Below are positions 41,230 to 53,269 of a stretch of DNA of 64,000 nucleotides, one piece after another. The DNA comes from Candidatus Eiseniibacteriota bacterium. GTDB taxonomy: Bacteria > Eisenbacteria > RBG-16-71-46. The notes under the pieces were generated by a model. The model was not told the DNA's origin, made no database searches, and worked only from the letters and a program-made list of their open reading frames with translations. The position numbers and the translations under genes are program-made. Each line of letters starts with the position of its first letter. The stretch's first letter is position 1. The stretch lies in NCBI GenBank assembly GCA_031370785.1, contig JANMQY010000114.1:43417-107416 (forward strand), in the 5' to 3' direction.

Positions 41230-41305
41230 TGGTGGGCGGAACAGGGCTCGAACCTGTGACCCCCAGGTTGTGATCCTGGTGCTCTGCCAGCTGAGCTATC
41301 CGCCC
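41230..41305 (-). tRNA. tRNA-Val(CAC)
   Basis: GGGCGGA acceptor, anticodon arm CCAGG-ATCACAA-CCTGG, TTCGAG T-loop, encoded CCA. Confidence 0.95.
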
Positions 41306-41354
41306 GGGAACTAAGGGTGACGCCTTGCGCGATCCCTCGCGCGGCGGGACTTCA

Positions 41355-41428
41355 TGGGCCCACCTGGATTCGAACCAGGGTCTTACCGGTTATGAGCCGG
41401 CCGCTCTGGACCGCTGAGCTATGGGCCC
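41355..41428 (-). tRNA. tRNA with CAT anticodon, probably tRNA-Ile2 (lysidine)
   Basis: GGGCCCA acceptor, GCCGG-CTCATAA-CCGGT; lies after rpoD; lacks initiator features; CCA not encoded. Confidence 0.88.
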
Positions 41429-41469
41429 AGCGCAGGGCGCTCATGAGTGCCGGCGCCAGAAGCCGGGTG

Positions 41470-41499
41470 TTTCTAGCATTGTGTTCGCAAGGGTGTCAA
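41470..41499 (-). promoter_or_regulatory. Promoter of tRNA-Ile2/tRNA-Val
   Basis: TTGACA-N18-TAGAAA with extended TG. Confidence 0.55.
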
Positions 41500-41501
41500 G
41501 G

Positions 41502-43310
<1,809 letters not shown>

Positions 43311-43325
43311 GTGGTGACTTACTCC

Positions 43326-45122
43326 TTATGTGCTGAGGTCACGTAGAGATCGTGCGATTTCCTGGACTTCCTGCTGGAGCCGCGCCTCTTCACCCGCATC
43401 GGGCGCGTGCTCCTGAAGTTGCTTGAGCTGCTTCATCTGCTGCTTGAGTCGCCGCAGGACCATGAGCCGTACCGCGCTCTCGACCAGCTTGTTCGAATCG
43501 AGCGCGGGGTCCAGCGACGCATCGAGCTCGCGGGCGAGAATCGCGGTCTCGGAATCGGCCGGCGGTTCCGAGCCGCTCCACAACCCGCGCGCGAGATCGG
43601 CGCACAGCGGATCGCGAAAATCCTCGGGGCCCAGCTGCGCGCGTGCGTTCTCGAGCGCCTCGGGGCTCGCACGCAGCGCCTGCAGCAGCTGACGCTCGAG
43701 CTGCTCTTCTCCATGCCGCACCGCGCGGACCGCGGCCGCGATCGGCTGGGTCGGGCCCTCGCCCTTGCGCTGCAGCGTCACCGCCCGGCTCAGCACCGCG
43801 ACCGGGAATCCGAACACCTCGCTTGCGCGCTCCAGCAGCAGCTGCCGGCGAATCGGATCCGCGACCGTGACTGCGAGGCGAACGGTCGCATGCAGCGCGC
43901 GCTCGCGCGGATCCGAGGCCGGAGCCCCCCCCTCCGCCGCGCCGCGCAGCACGTGTCGCTGCACGAACTCGACCGGATCGGCCGCGCGGCGCCGCGCCTC
44001 CTGCCACGCCGCGACCCCACCGCGCCGCACCAGAGTGTCCGGGTCCTCGCCTTCCGGCAGATCCACCACCAGCACGTCCAGTCCTTCCGCGAGCAGGATC
44101 CCAAGCGAGCGCATCATCGCCTCACGGCCCGCCCGGTCGCCGTCGTAAGTGAGCGCGACCCGCGCGGCCTGCCGCTTGAGCAGACGCGCCTGATCCGCGG
44201 TGAGCGCCGTGCCCGAAGTCGCGACGGTATTCCGCAGCCCGGCCTGGTGCATCGCGATCGCGTCGAAATAGCCTTCGACCACAATGATCTCTCCGTCGCG
44301 CTCGACCGCGCGCCGCGCCTGCTCGAGCGCGAACAGGAAAGCCCCCTTGTGATACACGGCACTCTCTGGAGAATTCAGATATTTCGGCTCATCCCCCGCT
44401 GCCATCGCGCGGGCGCCGAAGCCGAGCACCGCGCCCCCGGGCGCGATCAGAGGCACCATGAGCCGGCCTCGGAACCAGTCGTAGAGCCCTTCCGATCCGC
44501 CGGGACGAGTGCTCTGACCTTCGCGCCGCGCGGCAAGGCGCGCCTCGATCAGCGTCACCTCGTTGAAACGGCCGGCCAGCCGCTTCACCAGGTTTTCCCA
44601 GCCGGAAGGAGCCAGCCCGAGCCGGAACGCGCGCTTCGTCTCATCGGTGATGCCGCGCCCTTCGAGATAGGCGCGAGTCTGGGCCCCGATCGCGGGATCC
44701 CCGAGCCACTGCTCGTACGCAGTGGCCGCCGCCTCGAGCGCTTCGAGCAAGGGCGTCCGCGCGCTGCGCTCGCCGGCGCGCCGCTCGGGCACCGGGATGT
44801 TCGCGCGCCGGCTGAGCAGCTCGACCGCATCGAGGAATCCCACCTTCTCCATCTCCTGGACGAACTTGAAGACGTCGCCTCCCGCCTTGCAGCTGAAGCA
44901 GTGATAGAACTGACGCTCGGCGTTCACCGAGAACGACGGCGTCTTCTCCTTGTGGAACGGGCAAAGCCCGACCCAGTTCCGTCCGACCCTTTTCAGCGGA
45001 ACGGTTTCCCCGATCACTTCGACGATGTCGCTGGCGGATCGAACGCGCTCGACCCAGTCGTCCGACATGCGCGCGCCCACGCTCCCCGCTGCGCTCCCGC
45101 TTCTTCCCATCGCGCCGCTCAT
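43326..45122 (-). CDS. dnaG: DNA primase
   Basis: CPFH.EKTPSF..CFSC zinc finger, KYLNSPE, VEGYFD, DGDRAG, DPD; start is either 45122 (ATGA overlap) or 45068. Confidence 0.97.
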   Translation of the reverse strand: MSGAMGRSGSAAGSVGARMSDDWVERVRSASDIVEVIGETVPLKRVGRNWVGLCPFHKEKTPSFSVNAERQFYHCFSCKAGGDVFKFVQEMEKVGFLDAVELLSRRANIPVPERRAGERSARTPLLEALEAAATAYEQWLGDPAIGAQTRAYLEGRGITDETKRAFRLGLAPSGWENLVKRLAGRFNEVTLIEARLAARREGQSTRPGGSEGLYDWFRGRLMVPLIAPGGAVLGFGARAMAAGDEPKYLNSPESAVYHKGAFLFALEQARRAVERDGEIIVVEGYFDAIAMHQAGLRNTVATSGTALTADQARLLKRQAARVALTYDGDRAGREAMMRSLGILLAEGLDVLVVDLPEGEDPDTLVRRGGVAAWQEARRRAADPVEFVQRHVLRGAAEGGAPASDPRERALHATVRLAVTVADPIRRQLLLERASEVFGFPVAVLSRAVTLQRKGEGPTQPIAAAVRAVRHGEEQLERQLLQALRASPEALENARAQLGPEDFRDPLCADLARGLWSGSEPPADSETAILARELDASLDPALDSNKLVESAVRLMVLRRLKQQMKQLKQLQEHAPDAGEEARLQQEVQEIARSLRDLST

Positions 45123-47470
45123 CGGAGGGTCGCCACGGTCGCACCGCGGCCGCCCTCGTTCCCGGCCCCCAGCCGCTGCGCGGCCACCTGCGGATGCTCG
45201 CGCAGGTGACGCTCCACCGCCGCGCGCAGCACACCGCGGCCGATGCCATGGACCACCCGGATCTCGGTGAGTCCCGCCACCACCGCCCGATCCAACCCCG
45301 TATCCACCGTGCGCAACGCCTCGTCGACCTCCATACCGCGCACGTCGATCTCGAGCGGAGGCGCGTCGTCCGAGGCCCACGTCGCCGCGCTCCTTCCGCT
45401 CGGTCGCCTCTCCGCTGCTTCGCCCGCCGGAGCGAGCCGGCTCACGTGGCTATGGATCTTCCAGCTGCCGCGCTGCAGCACCACCTTGCCCTCGGCGTCC
45501 GGCGTGCTCACCACATCCGCCTCGACTCCAAGGTCGGTGACGCGCACGCGCCGCCCCACATCGACCGAGGCGAGCGACTCGCGCGGCGCCTCGGGCCCCG
45601 CGGCGCGCTCGGCCTCGCGCTCGAGCGCCTCGACCTCGCGCTCGACCTTACCGATCTCCGCCTTGAGTGCCTCACCCGGCATGCGTGACTTGTCCGCCCG
45701 GCGCGCCTCGCGCTGAACCGTCTGCCACAGCTCGCGCGCATGCGAGAGCAGGACCTCGCTCTCGCGCGTCAGGCGCCGGCGCAGATCGTTCAGAGTCTGG
45801 TGCGCATGCCCGGCGGCGTTGCGATGGCCCTCCGCCTCGGCCTCGGCCGTAGCCCGCGCCGCGCCCAGCGCCTCGGTCTCCTCGATCATCTCGCGGCGCG
45901 TCGCATGCAGGTCCCCGATCAGGCGCTCGAGCGCGCGCGACTCCTCGGAGGTCATGGCCTGCGCGCGCGCCAGCACCGCCGCGGGGAATCCGAGGCGCGC
46001 GGCGACATCCAGCGCATGACTTGCGCCCGGCACTCCCGGCACGAACCGGAAGCGTGGAGTCATGGTCGCGACATCGAACTCGAGTGAACCGTTGACCACT
46101 CCCCGAACCTCCCCCGCCACCCGCTTGAGACTCCCCAGATGCGTCGTCACCACACCCCACGCGCCATGCGCGGCAAAGTGCTCGACCAGTGCGCGCCCGA
46201 GCGCCGCGCCCTCTTCGGGATCCGTCCCCGCCCCGAGCTCGTCGCACAGCAGCAGGCTCGCGGGGCCTGCCTTTTCTGCCATGGCCCCCAGCGTCTGCAG
46301 GTGGGCGGCGAACGTCGACAGCCCGCGATCCACCGACTGCTCGTCTCCCAGATCCACCAGGATGGTCTCGATCTCGGGCACCGCGCTGCCTTCGCCGGCC
46401 GGGACCGGCAGCGCGCTGTGCGCGAGCGCGACCGCGAGCCCGACCGTCTTGAGCAGCACGGTCTTGCCGCCCATGTTCGGTCCGCTCACCAGCAGCAGGC
46501 GGGCACCACCCTCGAGTGTCACATCCAGCGGCACCAGCGCGGCCCGCCGCTCGCCCATCGCCAGCAGCGGATGGCGTGCGCCGGTGAGATGCAGCCGCGC
46601 GCCGCCCGGTGTCAGGGCAATCGCCAAGACTTCACGCGCCCACCGCGCCCGCGCACGCAGCGAGTCCAGCGCGACCAGTCCCGCTTCGAGCGCCCCCAGC
46701 GCTTCGGACTGGCCGAGCACAGCGTCTGCCAGCTCGCGCAGCACACGGCGCTCCTCCTCGAGCGCGGTCGCGCGCAGCTCGAGCAGGTGGTTGTTGGCCT
46801 CGCACATCTCGAGCGGCTCGACGAACAGCGACTGCCCGCTGCCCGACACGTCGTGCACGATCCCGCGCCGGCGCGGGAAGCCCGCGGCCGGGATGAGCGC
46901 CACGAAGCGGTCCGCATGCCGGGTCACGAACGCGCTCTCTCCGAAACCGTGCGCCCATTTGGTCAGCCGCTGCTCGAGCGCGCGCTCGTCGCGCGCCAGC
47001 GCCGAGCGCGCCTTTGCCAGAGCCGGGGATGCCTTGTCGCTGACCCGTCCATCCGGCTCGAGCGCCAGCGCAAGACGCGCACGCAGCGGTTCCAGAACCG
47101 GCAATCCCGCCACCTGCTCGGCCAGCCGCGGAAATCGCTCCGGCGCCACCTCTTCCCACAGCGCGCGCGTTTCGCGTCCGGCCTCGAGCCACTCCAGCAC
47201 ACCGAGCAGCGCCTGCCCATCCAGAGGCTCGTGCGAGTCCCGATCGAGCGCGGTCGCGAGCGACCCGCGGGCTGTCCGGCACCATTCGCCGCTCTCGGCG
47301 GTGCGGCGAATCGCCTCGCCCAGCGCCTCGATCTCGCGGTTGCGCAATGCGCGGTCGGCAATCGGGCGCCAGGCGGCGAGCCGGGCGCGCGCGCCGTCGC
47401 TCTCCGCGAACGCCGCGACCGCCGCGGTCACCCGCGGATACTCGAGTACGGACAGGGAATGGTCGTCCAA
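45119..47470 (-). CDS. mutS2: MutS2 (MutS ATPase + KOW + Smr)
   Basis: GIVHDVSGSGQSLFVEP, GPNMGGKT, GDEQS, STF, DELGAGTDP.EG, TTH, Smr VVHGIGRG; TTG start. Confidence 0.95.
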   Translation of the reverse strand: MDDHSLSVLEYPRVTAAVAAFAESDGARARLAAWRPIADRALRNREIEALGEAIRRTAESGEWCRTARGSLATALDRDSHEPLDGQALLGVLEWLEAGRETRALWEEVAPERFPRLAEQVAGLPVLEPLRARLALALEPDGRVSDKASPALAKARSALARDERALEQRLTKWAHGFGESAFVTRHADRFVALIPAAGFPRRRGIVHDVSGSGQSLFVEPLEMCEANNHLLELRATALEEERRVLRELADAVLGQSEALGALEAGLVALDSLRARARWAREVLAIALTPGGARLHLTGARHPLLAMGERRAALVPLDVTLEGGARLLLVSGPNMGGKTVLLKTVGLAVALAHSALPVPAGEGSAVPEIETILVDLGDEQSVDRGLSTFAAHLQTLGAMAEKAGPASLLLCDELGAGTDPEEGAALGRALVEHFAAHGAWGVVTTHLGSLKRVAGEVRGVVNGSLEFDVATMTPRFRFVPGVPGASHALDVAARLGFPAAVLARAQAMTSEESRALERLIGDLHATRREMIEETEALGAARATAEAEAEGHRNAAGHAHQTLNDLRRRLTRESEVLLSHARELWQTVQREARRADKSRMPGEALKAEIGKVEREVEALEREAERAAGPEAPRESLASVDVGRRVRVTDLGVEADVVSTPDAEGKVVLQRGSWKIHSHVSRLAPAGEAAERRPSGRSAATWASDDAPPLEIDVRGMEVDEALRTVDTGLDRAVVAGLTEIRVVHGIGRGVLRAAVERHLREHPQVAAQRLGAGNEGGRGATVATLR

Positions 47471-47505
47471 GATGTTCTCGCGGAACGCCCGGAGAGAAGC
47501 GCTCG

Positions 47506-48060
47506 TCAGGAAGGACGCACGGACGGGCCGAGTCGCCGCTCCGCCGTTAGGAAGCGTTGCTTCAACCACCGGCTGCCCGGGAAATAGGAATCCCCTGCCG
47601 TGCACAGCCACTCGCCGCCGGAAAGCAGCACCGGCGTTGCGCTGGCGCGCGCCACCCAGCGCGTGCCCTCTCGCGGCAGTGGCGCGAGCAACGCGATCAG
47701 CACCAGCGCGGCACACAGGATCACACCAACCGCGGCGCCCACCGCGAATCCAAGCAGCCGGTCCAGCCACCCGAGCGGAGATTCCTTCACTGCCTCGGCC
47801 AGCAGACCGCCCCACCACTGGAACAGGGAAGCGAGCGCCAGGCCGCCGAGCGCCGCGACGAGCCAGCGCAGGACCCAAAACACCACAGCGGGCCGGGCAC
47901 CCTGCCAGTGCAAACCGACCCACTGTGAAATCCAGCCAGCCGCCCAGAGCCCAGACAGGAGGCCCAGGAGTGTGAAGACCTGGAGGACCGAGCCGCGGAA
48001 AACCCCGCGGATCGCGAACAGCAGGACCAGAGCGAGAAGCACCCAGTCCAACGAGGTCAT
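47506..48060 (-). CDS. cvpA: CvpA family membrane protein
   Basis: MT.LD.V...G..RG, and LGWLDRLLGFAVG. Confidence 0.85.
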   Translation of the reverse strand: MTSLDWVLLALVLLFAIRGVFRGSVLQVFTLLGLLSGLWAAGWISQWVGLHWQGARPAVVFWVLRWLVAALGGLALASLFQWWGGLLAEAVKESPLGWLDRLLGFAVGAAVGVILCAALVLIALLAPLPREGTRWVARASATPVLLSGGEWLCTAGDSYFPGSRWLKQRFLTAERRLGPSVRPS

Positions 48061-48083
48061 GACGGGACGGAAGTCCAGTTCCG

Positions 48084-48278
48084 CTAGTTCTCCTGGGTGC
48101 GCCGCGCCAGATTCTTTCGCTTTGCGGCGTTCAGTTTGCGCTTGCGGCGTTCGCTCGGCTTCTCGAAGTGTTGATGCCGTCGCAGATCCGCCATGATGCC
48201 GGCCTTTTCACACTTCTTCTTGAATCGTCGCAGGGCGCTTTCGAAGGACTCGCCGTCCTTCACCCTGATTCCGGGCAA
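48084..48278 (-). CDS. rpsU: 30S ribosomal protein S21
   Basis: [12 protein letters not shown]...FEKPSERRK. Confidence 0.97.
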   Translation of the reverse strand: MPGIRVKDGESFESALRRFKKKCEKAGIMADLRRHQHFEKPSERRKRKLNAAKRKNLARRTQEN

Positions 48279-48368
48279 GAAATCACCCCTCTCTGCCCTT
48301 GCAGTATGTAGTTGCCATCAAATGGAGAACGCGCCCGGGGAATTCGTGGGCGCGGATTTCGCAAAGGC

Positions 48369-48397
48369 AGTCTATGGCCGCCCCGGAGAATCGTCAA
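48369..48397 (-). promoter_or_regulatory. Promoter of rpsU-cvpA-mutS2-dnaG-rpoD
   Basis: TTGACG-N17-TAGACT. Confidence 0.65.
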
Positions 48398-48421
48398 GGC
48401 CCTCAGGGGGATTGGGCGCCC

Positions 48422-49132
48422 TTAGTCCGCTCCCATCGCCCACCAGGCGGCCCAGGCCAGCGCCGCGGTCTCGCACCTCAACCTGTTGCTGCCAAGCTTC
48501 ATGGGCTGAAACCCCGAGTCCCTGGCCCGCCACTGCTCCTCCGGCTCCAAACCCTCGGCAGGACCAATCAGCCCGATCGAAGCGGAGCCGCGCGCGGGCG
48601 GCTGAGCCGGCGCTGTCCCCTCCGGATCGGCCAGGAAGCAGACCGCGCCGAGCGGCGGGGGCGGGATTACTGCCAGTCGGATCGGCGGGCGAATCTCGAG
48701 GAGCCATGTGCCTCGCGACTGCCTCAGCCCCGCGAGCGCGAGCCGGCGCCAGCGCTCCACCCTGCGATCGAAGCTCTTCCACTCGGCGCGCGCGCAGTCG
48801 ATCGGCTGGAGCGCATCCACGCCGAGCTCGGCCAGCTTCTCGACCAACCAGTCCGCGCGCTGCCCCTCGGGCGCGCCGCACCAGACTTGGGCCCGGCGTT
48901 CGCGAGACCTCTGCTCCAGCTTCTCGATCTCGACCTCGACGCGCCTGCCGACCGTGATGAGCACAGCCTGGGCGAGCGAGCCACGGCCGTCGGTGAGCGC
49001 GATGCGCTCGCCGACGCGCACCCGACACACACGCGCAAGGTAGTGGCTCTCGTCCGCATCGAGTGTGTTGTGCGCGCCCGGCTCGCCGAGCTCGGCGGCG
49101 TAGACGTGCGAGGGCGCGGCGTCAGCCGGCAA
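48422..49132 (-). CDS. rsmE: 16S rRNA m3U1498 methyltransferase
   Basis: [32 protein letters not shown]; follows dnaJ. Confidence 0.92.
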   Translation of the reverse strand: MPADAAPSHVYAAELGEPGAHNTLDADESHYLARVCRVRVGERIALTDGRGSLAQAVLITVGRRVEVEIEKLEQRSRERRAQVWCGAPEGQRADWLVEKLAELGVDALQPIDCARAEWKSFDRRVERWRRLALAGLRQSRGTWLLEIRPPIRLAVIPPPPLGAVCFLADPEGTAPAQPPARGSASIGLIGPAEGLEPEEQWRARDSGFQPMKLGSNRLRCETAALAWAAWWAMGAD

Positions 49133-50267
49133 AGCGCTCTCCGGCGCGATCGACCATCGGCTTCGCGGGGCGCGGAGGCTTGAAGTTCTCGGAAGCCCCG
49201 AGCTCTTCGAGATGCCGCTTCTCGGCGCTGCTCACCTTGGACGGCACCCAGATGCGAATGTGCGCGTGAAGGTCGCCGGTTCCGCCGCGCAATCCCGGCA
49301 GACCCTTGCCCCGTACGCGCACCACGTGTCCGCTCTGCGTGCCCGCCGCCACCTCGACCATGAGGCGCCCGCCGGTGAGGCCCGACATCTCCACTTTCCC
49401 GCCCAGGGTCGCGGTCACGACGTTGACCGGCACCTCGACGTGAAGATCGTCGCCCTCGCGATCGAACACCGGATGCGGCCTCTCCTCGATCAACACGATC
49501 AGATCGCCGGGCGGACCATTACGTGGACCCGCATCGCCCATGCCGCGCAGCGGAATGAAATTGCCGTTCGAGACCCCGGGCGGAACCTTGACCGACAGGG
49601 TATCGCTCTCGCTCACCCTGCCCTCTCCGCCACAGGTCTTGCAGCGGTCCTTGATCACGCGACCCTCGCCGTGACAGCGCGGGCAGCTCGAGACGTTCAC
49701 GAACTGACCGAAGATGGACTGCTGCACGCGGCGCACCTGGCCGCGGCCGTGACACTGCGTGCACTCGCTCTCGCCTTCTCCGCCCTTGCCCTGGCAGGTG
49801 GCGCAGGCGCGCAGGTGCTTGACCCGGATCTTCTTCTCGACTCCGGTCGCGACCTCTTCGAGCGTGAGCTTGAGTCGTACCTGGAGGTCGTCCCCGCGAT
49901 GCGGTCCGCGGACGGAACGTCCACTGCCTCCGCCCGAGAACAGGTCGCCGAATCCGCCCGGCTCGCCGCCGAAGTCGCGCATGAATGCGCGCAGCGCATC
50001 CGCCAGGTCGAAGCCGCTCGGATCGAAGCCCTGCGCTCCGGAGCCGGTGGCGGCGTGGCCGAACCGGTCGTAGGCCGAGCGCTTGTCCGAATCGCGCAGC
50101 ACCTCGTAGGCCTCGGTGGCTTCCTTGAACTTCAGCTCCGCCTCTTTCTCGCCGGGATTGCGGTCGGGATGGAATTCGAACGCGATCCTGCGGTACGCCT
50201 TCTTGATTTCTTCCTCGGTGGCGGTGCGCGCGATGCCGAGCACTTCGTAGTAATCGCGACGCACCAT
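49122..50267 (-). CDS. dnaJ: Chaperone DnaJ
   Basis: J domain HPD, four CxxCxGxG repeats. Confidence 0.98.
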   Translation of the reverse strand: MVRRDYYEVLGIARTATEEEIKKAYRRIAFEFHPDRNPGEKEAELKFKEATEAYEVLRDSDKRSAYDRFGHAATGSGAQGFDPSGFDLADALRAFMRDFGGEPGGFGDLFSGGGSGRSVRGPHRGDDLQVRLKLTLEEVATGVEKKIRVKHLRACATCQGKGGEGESECTQCHGRGQVRRVQQSIFGQFVNVSSCPRCHGEGRVIKDRCKTCGGEGRVSESDTLSVKVPPGVSNGNFIPLRGMGDAGPRNGPPGDLIVLIEERPHPVFDREGDDLHVEVPVNVVTATLGGKVEMSGLTGGRLMVEVAAGTQSGHVVRVRGKGLPGLRGGTGDLHAHIRIWVPSKVSSAEKRHLEELGASENFKPPRPAKPMVDRAGERFAG

Positions 50268-50867
50268 CTAGAGACCGCCCTGCCTGCGCGCTACAACGAC
50301 CCGCGCCGGGCGAAGCGCACGATCGCCGCGCCGGTATCCCTTGAGCGCCACCTGGACGACGTGGCCCGGCTCGACGCCCTCGGGCGGCTCGACCTCGAGC
50401 AGCGCCTCGTGGAAGTTGGGATCGAAGCGCTCGCTGACCGGATTGAGGACCGTCACGCCCTGACGCGCGAGATATTCGTTCAGGCGGTTCGCGACCAGCT
50501 GAACGCCCTGGACGTGGGCGTCTGGGGCCTTCGCCGCAAGCGAAGCCTCGATCGCGCGCTCGAGGTCGTCGAGCGCGGCGATGATCTCGAGCATGACGCG
50601 CTCTTCCGAAGAGCGGCGAGTTTCCTCGAGGTCGCGCTGCGCCCGCCGGCGATAGTTCTGAAGCTCGGCCTCGGCGCGCAGCCAGCGGTCCTTGAACTCA
50701 GGCGACGTGGCGCCCGCGGATTCCGCCGCTTCGGGCTCTCCGATCGTCGCGCCTTCTCCCAGAGGAAGTTCGAGCGCGGCCTCGGTGGATTCTTCGGATC
50801 GGGCTGCGGGCGCCGGATCCTGGCGGCCGGGATGTTCGGAACTGCGTTTCACCACGTCAGTCTCCAT
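50268..50867 (-). CDS. grpE: Nucleotide exchange factor GrpE
   Basis: R..AE..NYRRR, FDPNFHEA, KGY...LRPARVVV. Confidence 0.95.
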   Translation of the reverse strand: METDVVKRSSEHPGRQDPAPAARSEESTEAALELPLGEGATIGEPEAAESAGATSPEFKDRWLRAEAELQNYRRRAQRDLEETRRSSEERVMLEIIAALDDLERAIEASLAAKAPDAHVQGVQLVANRLNEYLARQGVTVLNPVSERFDPNFHEALLEVEPPEGVEPGHVVQVALKGYRRGDRALRPARVVVARRQGGL

Positions 50868-50901
50868 GAATGAAGTTTGCGCTGATCTCCAGGCGGTGAA
50901 C

Positions 50902-51948
50902 TCAGGACTGAAGGATGTCGGCCACGCGGCTGCCCACCGCATCCACCACCGCGAGCGCCCGGGCGTAGTCCATGCGTCGCGGGCCCAGCACGCCGACCGC
51001 GCCCCGCACCGCGCCCGGCAGCGGATAGCTGACCAGGCTCAGGCCCGACAGCGCACGCGACTCATCGACGTCGACGCGCACCGCGACCTGACCCTCGACG
51101 CCGGTCGCCATCAGGCGATTGATCGGCTGGCCGGTTTCGACCACCTGCAGCACGGAGCCGAGCCGGCCGTGGCCGGTGAACTCGGGCTGTCGCGCCATGT
51201 GCACGACGCCTGCGCTGAACAGCGGCGTCGAGGCGGGCTGGCTCCAGCTCGCCGCGGCCGCGCGAACCACGAGACGCACCGCACTGCCGCGTACCAGCTC
51301 GGGATCGTGAGCCAGCCGATCGCGCACCTCGGCGAGCGAGCGACCGACCAGCCGTTCGCGCAGCACCGAGCACACCTCGGCGAGCGCGCCGCGCTCGAGC
51401 GGAGTCTCGAGCTCGAGCACCAGCGTTCGCACCGAGCCCGGTCCGAGATCCAGCACCATCACTGCGCGGCGCTCATCCAGCGCCTCGAGGTCGATGCCGC
51501 TCAGGCGCTCCTCTTCGAGCGCATCCGCATGTGCCAGGCCCAGCTGATGGGTGAAGGTCGAGAGCAGGCGGGACGCCTCGTGCAGCAGCACCTCGACGTC
51601 GCGCGCCGAGCGCACCAGGGTGCGGTCGATCTCTTCGATCAGCTCGCGGCCGAGGGCCGCGGGAGCCAGCAGCGTCCGGACGAAATAGCCGTAGCCCGCG
51701 CCACTCGGCACCCGTCCGGCCGCGGCGTGGGCGCGCTCGAGCAGCCCGAGGCCCTCGAGCTCGGCCAGCTCGCCGCGGATGCTGGCGGCGGAAAGCGGGA
51801 TGTCTCCTTCACGCGCGAGCGCCTCGGATCCGACCGGGCGCGCCGTGGCCGCATGCAGCTCGACCAGCGCCGCGAACACGCGACGCTGGCGATCGCTGAG
51901 GTCCGGATCTTCCGGGGTCAGATGGCCGGGAAAGGCGGGCTGGGACAT
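50902..51948 (-). CDS. hrcA: Heat-inducible transcription repressor HrcA (divergent wHTH)
   Basis: PVGS, GRVPS, QPEF, GVLGPRRMDY; precedes grpE. Confidence 0.9.
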   Translation of the reverse strand: MSQPAFPGHLTPEDPDLSDRQRRVFAALVELHAATARPVGSEALAREGDIPLSAASIRGELAELEGLGLLERAHAAAGRVPSGAGYGYFVRTLLAPAALGRELIEEIDRTLVRSARDVEVLLHEASRLLSTFTHQLGLAHADALEEERLSGIDLEALDERRAVMVLDLGPGSVRTLVLELETPLERGALAEVCSVLRERLVGRSLAEVRDRLAHDPELVRGSAVRLVVRAAAASWSQPASTPLFSAGVVHMARQPEFTGHGRLGSVLQVVETGQPINRLMATGVEGQVAVRVDVDESRALSGLSLVSYPLPGAVRGAVGVLGPRRMDYARALAVVDAVGSRVADILQS

Positions 51949-51957
51949 GGCGAGGGA

Positions 51958-51985
51958 ATTATGCGGTCCGCACGCGCGCTGTCAA
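51958..51985 (-). promoter_or_regulatory. Promoter of hrcA-grpE-dnaJ-rsmE (near-leaderless)
   Basis: TTGACA-N16-CATAAT inside the hemW 3' end; ATG 9 nt after the -10; no SD. Confidence 0.7.
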
Positions 51986-53269
51986 CCCGGCGGCGGCGAT
52001 CCGCGCCTCGATCCAGGCGATCACATCATCGGCCATGAAGCGCATCCGGGGCGGAACCCGGACACCTCCCGGCGTTCGCTCGAGGCGTCCGACCGCGCAC
52101 GCGGCGTCAAAGGCTCCGGAATATTCGCGCTCGATCTCGGCGCGGCCGGTCGGGTCCAAGTCCGCGAAGCGCAAGCCGGTCCCCAGCCGCAGCGCCAGCA
52201 TGACCGTCTCGGCGGTGCGCGACTCGGCAGTCTCCCTCTCGCGCTCGGCCTCTCCTCTTCCGCCACGCTCGAGCGAGTCCGCCCAGTGCGCGAGCGCGTA
52301 CTGGTTGCCGTAGCGCTCGCCGTGGAGGAGACCGTGGGCGGATGGGCCGAGCCCGACGTAGGGCCGGCGCAGCCAGTACACCAGATTGTGCCGGGCCTCC
52401 GCGCCCAGCCGGCAGAAGTTCGAGGTCTCGTAGGCGCCGAGCCCGGTGCGCGCGGCGCGCTCGGTGAGCCATTCATAGAGGTCGGCCTGCACCTCGGGCT
52501 CGGGCAGCTGCGCCCGGCCGGCCAGCGCGGCGTCGCCGAGCCGAGTGCCCGGCTCCGGGATGAAGCAGTACGCGGAGAGATGCTCGATCCCGCACTCGAG
52601 CGCGCGATCCACACTCTGCTCCCACGTCGCCTGCGAATGACCCGGAAAGCCGTACATGAGATCCAGCGACAGCCGATCAAAGCCGAACTCGCGCGCCAGG
52701 GCGATCGCCTCGGGCGGCCGCCCGGCGGGATGGACGCGCCCAAGCATGCGGAGCTCGTCCGGATCGAAGCTCTGCGCCCCCATCGAGAGCCGGTTCACGC
52801 CGGCCGAGGCCCACGCTTCGAGCAGGGCCGGGCGCACCGACTCGGGGTTCGCCTCGAGTGTGATCTCGGCATCGGGCTCGACCGTGAAGTGATTCGCGAG
52901 CAGGCTCCACACCTGCCTGAAGCGACGCGCGGGAATCGCCGATGGAGTGCCGCCGCCGAAGAACACTGAGCTGAAGCGCAGGTCCGCCGCATCCACGGCA
53001 CGGAGTGCGACCTCGCGCTCGAGCGCGGCGAACCAGCGCTCGACCGCAGCCGACGAGCGCTCGCCGCTCGAGAAATCGCAATAGGTGCAGCGCGACGCGC
53101 AGAACGGGACGTGGAGGTAGAGCCCGACCCGCGCCCGGTCGCGAGAGTCGACGCACGGCCCGTCGACCGCGGCCTGATCGCGAACGCTCCGGGAACCCGG
53201 CAGCGGCGCTTTGCGAACCGCGGTCACGGCTCCCGCGCTCAGTGGATTGGCTGGAAGATACGGTTCCAT
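51959..53269 (-). CDS. hemW: Radical-SAM heme chaperone HemW
   Basis: YLHVPFCASRCTYCDF, GGGTPS, EANP, YETSNF, HNLVYW; start uncertain and possibly later. Confidence 0.92.
   Translation of the reverse strand: MEPYLPANPLSAGAVTAVRKAPLPGSRSVRDQAAVDGPCVDSRDRARVGLYLHVPFCASRCTYCDFSSGERSSAAVERWFAALEREVALRAVDAADLRFSSVFFGGGTPSAIPARRFRQVWSLLANHFTVEPDAEITLEANPESVRPALLEAWASAGVNRLSMGAQSFDPDELRMLGRVHPAGRPPEAIALAREFGFDRLSLDLMYGFPGHSQATWEQSVDRALECGIEHLSAYCFIPEPGTRLGDAALAGRAQLPEPEVQADLYEWLTERAARTGLGAYETSNFCRLGAEARHNLVYWLRRPYVGLGPSAHGLLHGERYGNQYALAHWADSLERGGRGEAERERETAESRTAETVMLALRLGTGLRFADLDPTGRAEIEREYSGAFDAACAVGRLERTPGGVRVPPRMRFMADDVIAWIEARIAAAGLTARVRTA

Noticed and set aside
41355..41428. tRNA-Met or tRNA-fMet assignment
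   Set aside because: It has a G1-C72 pair and lacks the three G-C anticodon pairs of initiator tRNA. Sequence and the post-rpoD position fit Ile2, although elongator Met is not fully excluded.
41436..41452. CIRCE-like GGCGCTC-AT-GAGTGCC palindrome
   Set aside because: The spacer is 2 nt rather than 9, and it precedes a tRNA rather than a chaperone gene.
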